From Magallana gigas (lineage: Eukaryota), in the NCBI RefSeq assembly GCF_963853765.1, contig NC_088857.1:7192001-7256000 (forward strand): a stretch of DNA of 64,000 nt, written 5' to 3'. Both the position numbers and the translations under genes were made by a program. Every line of letters starts with the position of its first letter. Positions within the stretch are counted from its first letter, which is position 1. Below, in pieces: positions 32,218-46,678 of the stretch. A model generated the notes under the pieces. That model had not been told where the DNA came from and ran no database searches. It saw only the letters and a list, made by a program, of their open reading frames with translations.

Positions 32218-34812
32218 TCAATACTGGAAACTTCTCTTGGTCTTTATATCTTCCAGTAGTTGTTGTAATTCTTCATCTTCAAATCTTCCCTCTAGACTGT
32301 AAAATGTCAAAAAAGTACAATGTATTCAATTTATTATTGACTCAGGGAAATTGTGAGTTATGATATACAGATATTGACCCACTTGAACAAAACCATGGAC
32401 TTTTAGTGTTAATCATCTATTCCATGTAGTCCTGTATGTTACACTGTTGACCATTCAGTCACGGCAGTAGTAGATAAAGAATTCAACAACATCTATTCAA
32501 CTCTCATGAGTGAACTAATAGTTACATCAAGCCACTAAACATTGTACACTTTAAATATAGACTATTAAAGTACATGATACATTTTGAAACTATTTCATTT
32601 ACAATGTATGTTTATTTATTTAATCTCTTTATTTCTATTAATACAATGTTTTGATAAATTATATATGCAATCCTCTTACCGTAAGAATACAAATGAGGTT
32701 TTGATATTATGTTGCCCCTAAATGTGCGCATTTGAGTACTGGTGTAATATGTCATTCCTACACGTATATACGTTTATATCCATGCATGACAATGTTTTAA
32801 CACCATATGATACCAGCCTCTGAGACAAAATGATATTGTTACCCTCCAAAACAGGCACTATTTATTTAATTATACTGATTGTCTTAATTTTAAATAAAAC
32901 ATTGAAATTCATGCTTTTATATAGGAATGACGTGAATTCTATGGCGAACTGTACACGCATAATTTATGCACGTGACAATTCGTTGTGTTACCCATTGCCA
33001 AGTGTGTTACTAACGCTGAGGGTAATAGAATGGATTATCAACTGCATCTAAACCAATCAGATTTCAATATTTAACATGAAAGTATAATAAAACTATTACC
33101 CTCAGCGTTAGCAACACATTTAGCAACGGCTGTTTTGGAGGGTAACAGTTCAAATTGACACCCCAAGGTAACCATTGTCAACCGACGCGAAGCGGAGGTT
33201 GACAACGGTTATACGAGGGTGTCAATTTCAACTGTTATCCTCCCAAACAGGCACTATTTATTTGATTATACTGAATGTCTTAATTTTAGAGAATTTTTTT
33301 ACTGCTTTTTTGTAGAAATAACTTGAATTCTAAGGCGAACCGTACATGCATAATTTACGCGCATGTAACAATTCGATGTGTTACCCGTTGCTAAGTGTGT
33401 TGCTAACCATGAGGGTAATAGAACGGATTATGAACTGCATCTAAACCAATCAGATTTCAGTATTTAACATCAAAGTACATTAAAACGAATTGTTACATGC
33501 GCGTAAATTATGCGTGTACGGTTCGCGGTAGAATTCATTTCTATATAAAAGCAGTATATTTTCTTTAAAAATAAGACATTCAGTATAATAAAATAAATAG
33601 TGCGTGTTTTGGAGGGTTACCCTCCCAAACAGGCACTATTTATATAGTGTTACCCTTTGCCAAGTGTGTTGCTAATGCTGAGGGTAATAGAACGGAATAT
33701 CAACTGTGTCTAAACCAATCAGATTTCAGTATTTAACATGAAAGTATTGTAATTTAATATACTGTACAAACTTGCAGAAAGGCATCTTATAATGCTTTGC
33801 TGATGCATCATTGGTAATGTTTATCGACTGAATTTTTATCATACCTTGGAATAAGTGACTTGGCCTCTTCTGCATTATCTGGACACAAATTAGCAAGTGC
33901 TGCTAACTCAAACTTATGCAGCTTCTTCTGCATCAATACACTGCAAAGTACATACAATGTGATAGATAAAATAACCTTCATTTTAATGACTGAGTCAGAT
34001 TTATTTTTAATTTCACATTTTGAATTTAAGAATTAGAATCTTAAGAGAATCCATAACAAGTCTAAGGTGAAGGATTGTCCTCAAAGGAATACAAAGGAAG
34101 AAGTCAAGTTTGTAGTGTTTGTACCTGCGTATGGCAGAAATGGTTTCCCTGTTCTTGAATTTGGAGAAACGACTGGTGTAGTTCAGAGTTTTCATGAAAA
34201 CTTCAGACAATTCCTGCTCTTCCTCAGCGCTCTCGTTCTGTGTTTTTCTAAAGTTACATTCGCAAAATTAACATTGCAAACTCTTAAATTGCTTTTATAA
34301 CTATATATTAGATAAATGCTCAGAATTTCTAAACATTTCTTTTTCGCAATTGTCAATAGCAAAGTGATAAATAATAATAGAATGAATACGAGTTTAGCCT
34401 GTTTTAACATATATTCTGCTCATTGACAAAATCCCTGGCATTTTTACATATCGGACTACATGTACTGGAAAATTACCTGTGTTCTAGTAGCATCTGAACT
34501 TCAGATATCAAAAGTGTCTCCGCATTTTCAAATTCTAGATTGGATTAAAATAAAATCAGATATTAAATACAGATCGATTGCTGAAGAATAACTTGTCCTC
34601 ACATGCATATTTTTTTCTAAAAATATGATTCTGTCTAGATTTAATACACTCATCTACACTACCGAAGGGTTTAAGATCGGCTCCTTTATAAACCCTTGTA
34701 GCTAGATCTTGGGGTTTTTGAATATTATTGAATGAACATTGTTTGAATCCAGAGGTATATATATCAATATAGAAAAATTTAAGAAAATGTGTGGAATTAA
34801 TCATCTCACTTT

Positions 34813-34872
<60 letters not shown>

Positions 34873-36783
34873 AGTTCTGTTTATTCTATGATCTTTTTGT
34901 AAGCACGTAATTTTTTTTATGATATATACAGCTGTGTTGGAATTACAATAAAAATGTTTATTAATAAAAATAACAACTTTCGGAATAAGAATGATATTTT
35001 ATAGAGTATGATCAATTTGTAAGCATGTCAATTTTTTTTATGATAAAGATGTGCTGAAAAGGTACAATAAAATTTTTTTAAAATCACATCTTTTTGAATT
35101 AGAATGATATTTTATCAAGTATGATCTTTCAGCAAAAAAAAAAAACAAAACATCAACTTATCGAATACAAAAAATGTCTTAATGAATAAAAATCGTATGT
35201 TAATGGCTATGAATATTTAGCAAAATATAAACAAGAGGCCCAATGGGCCACATCGCTCACCTGCGCAAAACTGGCTTTATATGGGCGTTCAAAGTATATT
35301 GTGCCATGTGACCCCTTGGTAGATTAACCAAAAACGAATATCCAAATTTTACACTTATTTTTGCATATACTTAATTTTTGACATATTTACCTTTATGGAA
35401 TACCATTTTTACCAAAAATAAGATCATATGCAATATAAATAACTAAATTTTCAGTTGGTGTTCACGGTTAACTTCCAGTTCCCTTTATTTTAGTCCCCCC
35501 CCCCCCCCAATCACTTTATAAAACGATTAAAATACATGAGAGCATAAAGGTACATTTTCTCCCTCCACTACTTCCAAGTTATTGTATTTAATTTTTAAAA
35601 AATCCTATATGTGAAAGAAGAAAAGTGTACCTCAATGTACCAGAATCATTTTGTATGATGTTTCATATCCTTACTCACTTGATTGAAGAATAAACTTAAC
35701 TGAAAAATGTTGTCACATATGTTAAAGAGCTATTTTATAATAATTCAAATTAATGTATTGGCAGGCATGTCGTTACATTGTACCAAGGCCCACCCATTAT
35801 TTTCATCTTTATTAAAAAACAACAAATGTCTACAAACAAAGCTGATTTTCTGTTGCAATAATTTTTTAAGAACACCGATAATGCTTTACCCAAATAATAA
35901 TAATGTGTCAGGAGACTCAGGACTATGGAAACTGTTTAAAAGGCGTCATTTTCATTTACTTGTGTTCGAAAAATTATCAAAAATTTATGTGGATTTTATG
36001 CAATTCATCGTTGAAGAAGGAGCACCAGAAAGTAGTTACAGCATATCATCTTTCCGTTTAGATTGAAATTGCTGAGCATCTTAATAAAACATGTTGCATT
36101 TATCAACCATTACGTAGAGATCGTACCGAATTACATGCATTAACATAATGAAGTATTCTATAATATGTTGTTAGTGCATCAGATTTTGCGCAGGTACTTG
36201 TAAACAATCAGCTGTCTGATTTACCAGTTTACACGTAAAATAAAGACGATGGTTCCTCTCAAGTTAAAAAAATGCTAAACGAAAATCAAAAGATGCTAAA
36301 ACTACTGTCACAAATGAAAATGTCAACGCACTGAAATATTTAACCTCAATCTATTTCACATAAATGGCACAAATATATTTTGGATGTTTCAAATATTCTC
36401 TTCGCACATAAACTGTTGCACAACAACCAAATTAAATTCATCTCCGTTCAACTTCAAGATGGCTGCTTCTAACATAGACTGGTTCTCTAAACTGGTTTTC
36501 GATATATGAAATATCGAGCCCGAGGTTAAACTGATTCTCTCTGTCTTATAATTTTAATGTAGATTACTCAAATTTGAAACAGAGTTAGCCCTTAATTTTT
36601 GCAATTTATATTTTCCTTCCAATAAGGATGATTTATGCTAAATTACGTTGAAATTTGAATCAGTAGTTCTTGAGAAGAAGATTTTTTTAAAATGCACCCC
36701 CTTTTTCTACAGTTTCGATGTTTTCTCCGCTTTGAATAAAGATCGGTCTTTCAGTTTTGCAATTTATATTTACCTTTCAATAA

Positions 36784-36817
<34 letters not shown>

Positions 36818-36889
36818 AAGCGCTTTTAGAGAAGAAGTTCAAAATGTGAAAAGTTTACAGACGGACGACGGACAAAATGTGATCAGAAT

Positions 36890-36927
<38 letters not shown>

Positions 36928-39416
36928 ACTTCACTGATCAAAGTGATGGACGTTTTACATTCCATATTTAAAATACCTATTAAGTGCCAAATGAAATTAT
37001 ATTGAAACAAAACTAAATGGATTTATTCATGAGTTTGTGTTTCCCACTTGGTGTGAACGTTTATTTATCTTCCGCAAAAGAAGGGGTAGGGGGTTGTACT
37101 TTATTATTCTAGAACTAAAAATTAAGTAGTGATCTGAAAATTTTTATTTTAAAGTTTGCTGTAAAATTTATTATAACTGTAATAATAATTGTTTAATTTG
37201 CTTGTGACAAATTTTTACGTGAAAAACTGCTGCATAAAATTCTGAAAAGATTTCTCAGAATAATTACATGTGATGCATTAGAACTAATGAACCTTCAGAC
37301 AGTGGGCCTTCGGACCTTTCAACCTTCGGAATAGAGGGCCTTTGGATTAATGGGCCTTTGGGCTAATGAACCTTTGGGCTAATGGGCCGCTAATGAACCT
37401 TTGGGCTAATGGGCCTTTGGACTAACAAACTTTTGGACTGATGAGCCTTCAGACCTTTGGGCTAATGGGCCTTTGGACTAACAAACTTTTGGACTGATGA
37501 ACCTTTGGACTAATGGGCTTTCGAACTACTTTTTACTAGTGGACTGTGACCGTTCCCAGGACTGAGGTCGTCCATCAGAATTTTTTTAGACTGGGAACTA
37601 CCGACCTGCAGCTAGGTTTTGCAAGATTTTTTTATAACAAACGTACAGTATGCAAGATTGATTCATAGGGTGTCTGCATGAATCTATTTCTTTAAACTAT
37701 TAAGGAATCAATCTTGAACCAGTTTCTGACAATAAATGTTTCATAGGGTGTCTGCAGGGATCTATTTCTTTTAACTATTAAAGTATTAATCTCACACAGG
37801 TTTTTGACGATAAGCTGTTGCTGAAGTTTTGGCAAATGTGCTATAACGTGTTAACTGGTTAACATTTGGGTCCCACACCCCCAAATTGGCTGGTGTATAT
37901 GAATCAATGGTTGATTTATCAGTAGAGACTTACACTGTTATAAATGTTATTACCGAGCGCAGCTAGAGGCGGGCAAAGCCCGCCTCGCGAAGCGAGGATT
38001 AATGGTAACACGTATATATAAGAAAATCAGTGAAAAATGAGAGTTGAATCAGGGGTACTAAGGCAAAAAAAATTTCTGTCAGCCCTGGGCGCCGCCTTAT
38101 AAGCAACCATTTTGTTTTTAAAAAGTTAGGTTGATCATTGATTGACTGGCACTTATCGATGTTTATTGCCCTTAAACTCAATTAAAATGTTCCAGTCCTA
38201 TAAACAAAGGTAAGTTGAATTTAAAGAAATAAAAGAGGAAAACTAGATAAGTTTCAATAGTGCTTCAATCAAGAAACACGACTAGTTCTACATATGTCCA
38301 GAGACATAAATAACAGAGATTGGCAGCTGATCCAAATCTTGCGAAATCAAGCCATCCCTATTGTAAAGTGTTCCTAGGTAAAATCAGTATACCTTTCTAA
38401 TAAACAATTATATCATAAAGATATCATCAAAATATAAACAACTAAAACCTATAACCAAAACATTCAAAATATGATATCTTAATGATTTTTGTCATATAAA
38501 CAATATTTAAAGAGGAGTTTAAGGAGGCAGTTGACTACCTGTCATCCGAGATTTTGCCGATGTTTTATAGCTGGCCAATATATTTTCCATATTTTAATCT
38601 AATTTTCAATTTTTTGTTTCAAAAATGTCTGAAATCTTTGCATACTTTTCATTAAAAGAATATACTTTTGGTTTAAGATCATTATCTAAGTTCACTAAAA
38701 TGTAGTTCTCAAAGTAAGTTTGGTCCCGTACCATTTTTCAACAACAAAACACGCTAGTGGCGAAGTTGCCAATTTCTGTTTTTTATGTCTCTGGTATGTC
38801 TTATGAAATGGAAAATAAAAACATCAACATCAAGGAAATGATCTTTCAGATACTGAACAAAGTATTCAATTTTATTACCGCGGCTTTTATATGAATTAAA
38901 TTGATAAACAATGAAAGAAGAAATTAAAAAAAGTTTAGAGTAACGTAATCCGAGATTCCTCTGACTCTAACCCCCGCTTTTATATTGTGACTTGCGGGGG
39001 AGAGTCTCTCCCCCGCAAGTCACAATATAAAAGCGGGGGTTAGAGTCAGAGGAATCTCGGATTATTTATTTATTAATTTTTTTATAGGAGTAACGTTACT
39101 CTCTTCGGCTATTTCCGACGACAAAATGTGTACGTTTTACGTCTGAAACATGACGTCATAATGTAGACTGGGCACCCGACGTTTAGTTAAACTTTGGCTA
39201 ATGATTTGAGTAGACAACCAGGCAGATCAAACTGCACTGTGTTAAATCTGCGCTCGGTCCAACGGTCATACCGTTTACATATATAGTTATGTGTTAGATT
39301 ATGATCCATCAAACGTCTAATAAAATGTTTTTACCCTTGGGAAACTGTAGTTCCGCCGCATCTTCTTCTGGTGCTTCACTAACGTTTTGTTGTTGTGCAG
39401 ATGTTCCCGACGCCAT
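32218..39416 (-). CDS. POLR2D: RNA polymerase II subunit RPB4; 5 coding exons, about 145 aa
   Basis: Exons 39416-39335 ([27 protein letters not shown]), 34534-34477, 34247-34125, 33940-33845 and 32296-32218 total 438 nt. The sequence EFENAETLL...[24 protein letters not shown]...[16 protein letters not shown]...[25 protein letters not shown] closely matches human RPB4. Confidence 0.98.
32840..33760. mobile_element. Cluster of rearranged copies of one non-coding repeat family around a palindromic core
   Basis: Blocks such as ccctcccaaacaggcactattta and gctgagggtaatagaacggattatcaactgcatctaaaccaatcagatttcagtatttaacatgaaagt recur three times, with parts inverted. A hairpin gacacc...accattgtcaacc-gacgcgaagcgga-ggttgacaacggt...ggtgtc lies at about 33157-33223. 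Confidence 0.7.
34819..34869. repeat. (CT)n microsatellite
   Basis: About 25 uninterrupted CT units. Confidence 0.98.
35231..36926 (-). mobile_element. Helentron/HINE-like non-autonomous element in POLR2D intron 1
   Basis: The minus strand starts ttttagctcacctgagctgaaagctcaagtgagct...tgtccgtcgtccgtctgtaaac. It ends caggtgagcgatgtggcccattgggcctcttgtt, giving a subterminal inverted repeat (agctcacctg/caggtgagc) plus a 3' hairpin. The interior probably contains unrelated inserted sequence. Confidence 0.75.
37285..37530. repeat. Degenerate ~15-bp tandem repeat (ggactaatgggcctt / gggctaatgaacctt), probably a transposon subterminal array
   Basis: More than 12 short related units, with a longer block duplicated at about 37385-37510. 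Confidence 0.75.
38946..39064. mobile_element. 119-bp perfect palindrome MITE with TA ends
   Basis: The 59-bp left arm taatccgag...gcgggggagag is the exact reverse complement of the right arm, with a single T between them. Confidence 0.9.
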
Positions 39417-39674
39417 CATTGCGGTATAAGGATAATTCGTATCACTGATAGGTCGTATCCCGGATAAAGAGTTCTCTCTTGGAGAACGTATCGTATCTAG
39501 AGAATCCAAAAGTAAACCTACAGTGGTTTATCGATTGTCAAACTGTTATGCTCATTTTTTGTGAATTTGGCATGCCATGTACAATAAAGTATGTACTGTG
39601 TCATTATATGCTTTTTAAGTCCATTTGGGTAAATTGGCTAACCTGGTTTTGGAGGCCTTCCGAAAGGCAAGCTC

Positions 39675-40809
39675 GGGTGCGTCGATTTACCCAAATGGAA
39701 CGTAAAATGACCCAAATGGACCCAAATGAATCCAAAGGGAAATCAAAATGGAAACAAATGGACCCAAATGGAAACTCAAATGGAAATTGAATGGTATAAT
39801 TGAAGATATTGTTTAATGAAGAATCAAAATTTTTATATGAATTCTAAAACGACAATTTTCTTGTGTTGTTAATGTATTTTATTGATATATGAATTTATAT
39901 ATAACACTGTTAATATAAGTGTTGATATATAATGATTTTGAGATACCTTTTTAATTATAACAATATAATTCAAATATTTATTTTCGATATTGGAAGATAA
40001 AGTACCATAGTTGTCTTCTAAATATAGATGTATATATATAAGTTAGTCAGATGGCAAATTCTTGTTATGCATGTTAAATAATCTAAATGCTGTAAATAAA
40101 GTGCTGTTCGGTTGTTTCTTCTAATAGGGCATTTAATAAAATAGTGGCTCAAACCAATCATGTAGTGCATGTTTTGATATGATGTTTATTGTTCGCTTAT
40201 ACATGTACAGTAGGTGGTTCATTTTCCATGCATCAAATTTTGAATTACTTTTTTGATTTTTGATCGGTGTTTGGGCTGAAATTTTTTTTAAGGTCATATG
40301 AAATTCTAAGTTACTATTAATTATTTGAAAAAACATATTTTTTTTAAACAAAAAAATCTTTTTTTGCTCGGAAAATATCATTTTTATGTTTAATTTTTCA
40401 ATTTATTCTTTTGGCTTTAAACATTTTTATTTCAAAATAATGGCTCTTATTGGGATGGCCTCAACGTGGCAAGAGCTGGGCAACGTTATACTACTTAGAA
40501 CGGCGAACAATCCGATAAATAGATTCGAAAAAAAAGATATTTAAATCTTAAAACTAATTGATAAGGATACATTATCAAATTCTTTTTCCATTTGGTCATA
40601 AATTGTTGTTTTATTTGAAATTTTTCAATTATAAAAACCCATTATATTTAAAATAATGATTGGAATTATTAAATAAAATCTTCAATTATGCCATTTAATT
40701 TCCATTTGAGTTTCCATTTGTTTCCATTTGGGCTCCATTTGGGTTCATATTGGTCCATTTGGGTCATTTTACGTTCCATTTGGGTCCATTTGGGTAAATC
40801 GACGCATCG
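39675..40809. mobile_element. Foldback/Mutator-like non-autonomous element with ~140-bp subrepeat-containing TIRs and a 9-bp target-site duplication
   Basis: The TIRs begin (g)tgcgtcgatttacccaaatgga and contain internal cccaaatgga repeats. The direct repeat GGCAAGCTC flanks both sides (39666-39674 and 40810-40818). The interior is AT-rich and non-coding. Confidence 0.88.
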
Positions 40810-43800
40810 GGCAAGCTCTTCGGAAGGCTTCTGATACCAGACTATCCCTTCGTCGTATAGCATTCGCAACTTCTCGGATTCTTACCAGTTACAGTTAACT
40901 AGGCGAACCAGTCAAAATGTAACAAAGAGCAGACCACAAGTTTAATGTATATACACATGAACATAGCCAGTTCAAACTAGATTTGTTCAGTTACATTTTT
41001 CACTGGAATTTTCGGAAGGTGGGTAAGGACTTAGGACATAGTTTCATTAAAGCACAAGTTGTGGAGTGTGTAACAGTTACGTTAATGATAACACAGTCGT
41101 TTGCACGTATATTTGTTGATAAAATTAAATTAATTTAAGGTTTTTTTCAGTTTTTATCTCTTTGTAATTTATCATATGTTTACCATCAAGTTTATATTTG
41201 TGAAATGTTGATTGTAGTGGTTGAATACTGCTGATTTTATTCCTTACAATATGTTCATAATTATAGCACTCCTTTTATGATTTTAGAATCTCCTAATTAA
41301 GATATGATTATTATGATTTTATGTCTTTTTTAGTGTATTTTTTTGGTTCAGGCATATATGTACATTTTATTTGTATTTCATAATTAATTTAACACGATAA
41401 AAATATATGATGTTCACAAGAATTTTTAAAAAATCTATAGATTGGCTAGATGGATACTAAAATTCAGAATTTACAAGAAATAAATGAATTGGTCCAGAGA
41501 TATGTCTCTGATTGGTCCTATTTTACGTTTTTTTTAAACATGGTAAATGATATGTACTTTTCTGTAGCACAAGTTTGTTTAATTGACTGAAGTAGGCCTA
41601 TATTGTTAATATATTTCAGTTACATTTTATTTTACAAATATAGACTCATTTATCTTATAAAATTATAAAATGTTAAATTGAATTTATTTGGCAGCAGTTG
41701 AGGGGGTAAATTTCATGAATAAATAACTAACAGTAACTTTAATAAGCTTATAATTAAAAAAGAATTTGAAGGACTTTTTTTCAAAACTTGCTTTTTCCTA
41801 TATTTTATCAGATTATTCACAGTCAAATTTCTCAACAAGGTCTGCTATGTAATATGTGGGTTATCCTTTTGTGATTACGGCTCCGTGCACTTTGGGGCAT
41901 CGAGGGGATATACAACATTTTTGATAAAATAAATTTTAAATGCTATTTTTCACAAATTTATATGGGTATCTCTTTATGATTCAATCGGATATAAGGTTTT
42001 CCTTTAAAACTATATAGACTGTATTTAGAGAAATATCTAATAAAATTACCAGATGCCTCTTTTGTACCCTCTACCTCTGTGATTTTGATGGCTCAGCATT
42101 TTGCAAACAAGTTATTTAAACCAGTTTATAACCAATCATTAATGTACACACTTCCCTATGTTATAGTGATAGGTATTCAAATTAGTCCCTTCAGAAGGTA
42201 TATTTGTCATATACTAATCATATTTGGTAATATAAAAATATAAAGTTACAATATGGACACTCCTTTTTGGAAATGTGCTCTCTTTCTTCGTTTTTTATCC
42301 AATCAGATTGCTTTTTCACAAGACACAAGTCTCGCTCATACTCTCGTTCTTTAGGTAACTGTGCAGTGTAATTTGTAGGCTTTGCTTTTTTTAACTGCTG
42401 TGTAGGCGTTTGAAATGGTTCAAGCACATGTTATATACTTGAATCACAAAAATTATTTTGTTGGTTTAAAAAGATATTGTTCCAAAAAAATTTATTACAT
42501 TTCTCACTGTTTTGTATTAAAATTCTTATTAAATGTACCTTATCTTTCTATGATTTTGATGGCTTAACATTTCATTTTGATAACAATATTGATAAATCCC
42601 AACCAAGCTTTACTTTATGAATTTGAATAATATACCCACAGTCCGGCATTATTATTCAAATAAGCTGCCTCTTGTGTTATTAATCCTGTGTTTCTTGACC
42701 CAGGAAATTGAATTGCATTAAGGTCAAATACAGATAGAAGTCCTTTAAACCATTGTAAGAAGTTCACAGTTCAAAAGTTCAGGGAACTGTATAGTAAATG
42801 TGAAAGGTATTTTTAGTGTTGCGAGCTGTTCTTGTTTCTGTTTGAATAAACACAGAGGTGAGTGAACTAATGGAGTGTTTGGCAACTATTTTTTGTCTCT
42901 GCCTTGACTGAGGTTTGTCCTCGGAGCTACCCAACAGTTGAAGGAAGGCCATGTCCTGTAGAATGTAACAATCTTGGTAGAAACAAACCACAGGTACTAG
43001 CCAGAAAATTCCAGTTTGCTATTTTGTGTATTGGCCTTTATAAAGGTTTATATGTGTGGGTCCAGAAATGAGTTCATTAAACACCTAACTTACTTCCTTT
43101 GCCAGGGAATGGTTGTATTCCTGAAAATCAATGCTCTTAAGGCTTTGTGTCTGCAGTGTTTTTCATTTGCACAGAGAGCAATAGCAAGTGCAAAAACAAA
43201 ATTCTGATCATTCTTCATATTGTCTCAGCTGTGTGTGTGCATTTGATGCTTGACTAGGAGTTACTGGATAATTGTCATTCCCAAATAGAAAATATTATTG
43301 ATTAGCTGGACATAACTAGGATAAAGGTATTGTAAATAATTTAGATAATCGGTCACTTGATGGTGTTGTTTAAAATTTGTTGATGTATGCACTAACTCTC
43401 ACAAAGTTGAATACATGTATTCAACTTCAATGGGGAATTAATTTTGACAGTATCATGTGTAGAGTAGTATATATGAATAGATTGTTATATGGTACTCTGC
43501 TAGTGAATGTATATGATGCAGGAAGATGTAAGTTTGTCAGAGTTTGTTATTAAATGTGTACTTTCACATGACTCATCCAAATGCACATTGTTACTTAAGT
43601 AATGTAAGTTGTACTTTGGAAAATGTTTTAAGAGGGGTTATAAAACGGACATTTTTTTTTCAGAATATTATAGAAATGACAGAACAGATGTCATGATGAA
43701 AGTTCAGTGGAGAAAAATGCCAACGTAAAGGTGGAGAACTTTGATAACCAGAAGTATTTGGTGTTGTGTAAACAGATAATAAGTTCCAATACTAGTACCG

Positions 43801-43838
43801 GTAATACAAATTCAGACATTTTCGACATAAGTGCCAAG

Positions 43839-44282
43839 ATGTCGCCTTACTCAGGTGGCATGAACTCTTACAAAGAAGAGGATGCAAAATTGATTTCAGG
43901 GGACTCCTCCAGCAATAAATCCGACAACTCTCTCACAAGAAATGTATCCTTCAACAAGTTCAAGCCAACGGACGTCACCATCTTCATTGATAAAGAGAAC
44001 GAAGTTCTTCCTACTCTACACAGCAATGTTACTCTCGTATCAGAGGAACCAAACAAGAGGGCACGGCTTCTGTTTATTTTAACCCTCCTGTTTATTATAC
44101 TGTTGGTATGTATCGTAATAATATCCGCCATCAGACAGTTCTCCTCAACAGAGGACGAACCCATTGACCATGAGCGAGTAGAAGACGTGTTTAGCATCTC
44201 TTCGAAAAACCGGACTGTGTTCATTTCTTCGACCACTGAGGTTATACCGATTACGCAGGGCAGTACTATGAATGTAAGGTAG
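43839..44282 (+). CDS. Uncharacterised single-pass (predicted type II) membrane protein, about 147 aa if it starts at ATG 43839
   Basis: The open frame 43707-44282 has exon-like composition, and an acceptor ttttttttcag lies at 43663. A hydrophobic helix LLFILTLLFIILLVCIVIISAI follows KRAR, with an NRT sequon after the helix. A candidate non-coding first exon has a donor at about 41022. The true start and end are uncertain. Confidence 0.6.
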   Translation: MSPYSGGMNSYKEEDAKLISGDSSSNKSDNSLTRNVSFNKFKPTDVTIFIDKENEVLPTLHSNVTLVSEEPNKRARLLFILTLLFIILLVCIVIISAIRQFSSTEDEPIDHERVEDVFSISSKNRTVFISSTTEVIPITQGSTMNVR

Positions 44283-46678
44283 AAGGACCAGCTGTAGGAA
44301 AATCATGTAGGCCATAGGAACACGTGTCAGGACATAATATAAAAAATGTGATACTTCACTTAAACACTCTAAGGGTACCAAATATTTCAACTCAAATTCT
44401 TTTTCTCATGCTTATATTTATAGTTATTTAGTTTTCTGTGTAGAAAAACCCATGCTTGCCAGTTTCAATGCATAAAGTTGTGTGTTTGAATTTTCTGTAC
44501 AGCTATAACTTATATATTTTGATTCTGTATATAAAACACACCATTGTCAATATTGATAATGAAGTTGCTTTTCATCTTGTGTTGATGGAGATATTTTCAT
44601 TCAATCATTCATTGCCATGCGATAACAAGTGTACTGTATGATACAGAGACCGTGTATTGAATGTATTGGGTACATGGATACATGATGTGTTACTACTGGG
44701 TAGTTTCAATCTGCTTCTTTGAACGTCCAATAGGATGCATCTTGAACTCTGGCCCCAAAACCATTAACTTAGATTTGGACATACTCATTTAAATTGAAAT
44801 AAATATTAAAATTTGATGTAAGACTTTCGTGAGTCATAGATTTTATTCTATTTAGAGAAAAAAGCAAACAATCATGCAGAATATTCATTTATTTGATTCT
44901 TTTAAAATTGCGGTATATGTATTTAAAAAGTTATATCAATTTAAGATTCCGAGACAAGTCATTTCTGTGGTTAAGGTTTTGGTGCCTGGTGTTAACTTAT
45001 GAATGTGTACTGAAAGGTCAACAAAGTTTCCCTCCTATGTGAAGGCATACATAACAATGCATATTGCAAGATATATATTATTTTTCTGTTGTAACAGAGT
45101 GATAAGATATGGGATTATATGCTAATCCTCTTTTTCAATCAAATCTGTGATTGACTCAATACTGCAATTGATTATACTTGTTGCCATATATGAAAAAGCA
45201 TAATATACATTGTGTATACTGTAAACACAAATATTTTTGGGTTTCACCCCCAGCATAGAGTGCTTAAAAGCTTTGAAGTATTTTTTTTTTGTTGCATATG
45301 AATTTCTAAAGTATTTTTATTTTACTTTTGAAAATCCATATTGATCTGAATGAGAAGTTTTGTTATTGAATGTCACCTGATAGTGCTATTTTATATATAC
45401 TGTATCTCATGTTGTTTTTTCTGTTGTTCGTTTTGTTTTTGGTTACTTCTGGTTTTATGGGATTTTTATGTTGTTGTGTTAGCTTTTAGTCACTTTATTA
45501 TCCAGCTTTTAAAAGATATACAACAATCAGGGCACAGTGTGTCCATGTTCTGTCAATGAAAATAAAACGGACTTAACAGGGTTAATTTTGATGTAATAGA
45601 TCTTAACCAAAAACAAGTTTTGAAGCACACATTGTTAAGAATTATGTTAAAGATATATTTCTTGTTTAAGATTTTCAGGTTTTACTCCTACTAGAAATCT
45701 GATTGCTCATTCACAGAAAAATATAAAATTGCAATGCAGAACGAGAACATTGTCACTCTGAGTAAAGTGCTTGTGATTTAGTGGTAGGGTATATGCTGGG
45801 GTATTTCTGGTCCCAATATTTACTTAAGGATAAGTATAGAGTCCTTTAATCATGCATGCATGGAATTCCTTCTTGTATAGTTTGAACATTTATTTAATTA
45901 TTGATTTTTCCAGTACCAAAATCCAATGTGATCTTTTTTTGAATGGAGCTATTTATTTATTACAATATTACTCTTTTTATGCAATATATAAAACTTTACA
46001 TCTTCATGTTATACAGTATATTATGTGTTATTGAACAAAGATTCAGGGGTGCATTTTAAAAGACCTGATACAATTAAAATAATTTATAGCCCGAGAAAGA
46101 ACTCTGTATGTTGATTTTATTGGTATTGAATTGAAACAAGTGATGGGTACTGTAGTATTTTATTTAAATGAACACAAGTTCTTTATTTGAAATGATGTCC
46201 AGTTAATGATCAATAATTGGTTAGATCTTGTCATACACACAGTACTGTCTATGTCTACACACATTTCTTTGGTCTGGTGGTTTTCAGAACGATATGCCAC
46301 TCATGATTTTGTTGAAATAAATTACTGCCTTGAAGCCAAAACGATTTATGTAGTTTTTTAGCATAAAGATGATTTGAGGAACAGAATCGATAAATTGTTG
46401 CTGAGTGAACAGACTGCTTTTATATTGTTATAATTCCCATGTGAATCAAAACAGGAAATGACAGTTGAAATTGATATGTCTTTAACCACTGCCTTTTAGC
46501 ATATTAAAGAGGAATAAGACGGATTTTTAATTGGATCAAAAGTATTTCTTATTTATTGTGTACTTCCTATTCATAGAATAACATTAATGTTTGGATGAAA
46601 TGACAGGTTGTAAATTTGAAAAACAAATGGCACGACAGTAACATGCCTATCTATATAGTGGACATTTATAAATGGATG

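Noticed and set aside
39479-40869. ORFs with QMDPNG/KWTQM repeats
   Set aside because: They come from the cccaaatgga subrepeats of the Foldback-like TIRs.
42880-42992. Possible coding exon upstream of the 43.8-kb ORF, ending ACCACAG|GTACT
   Set aside because: It cannot be joined in frame to the membrane-protein frame, which has a stop at 43677. It is at most a UTR exon.
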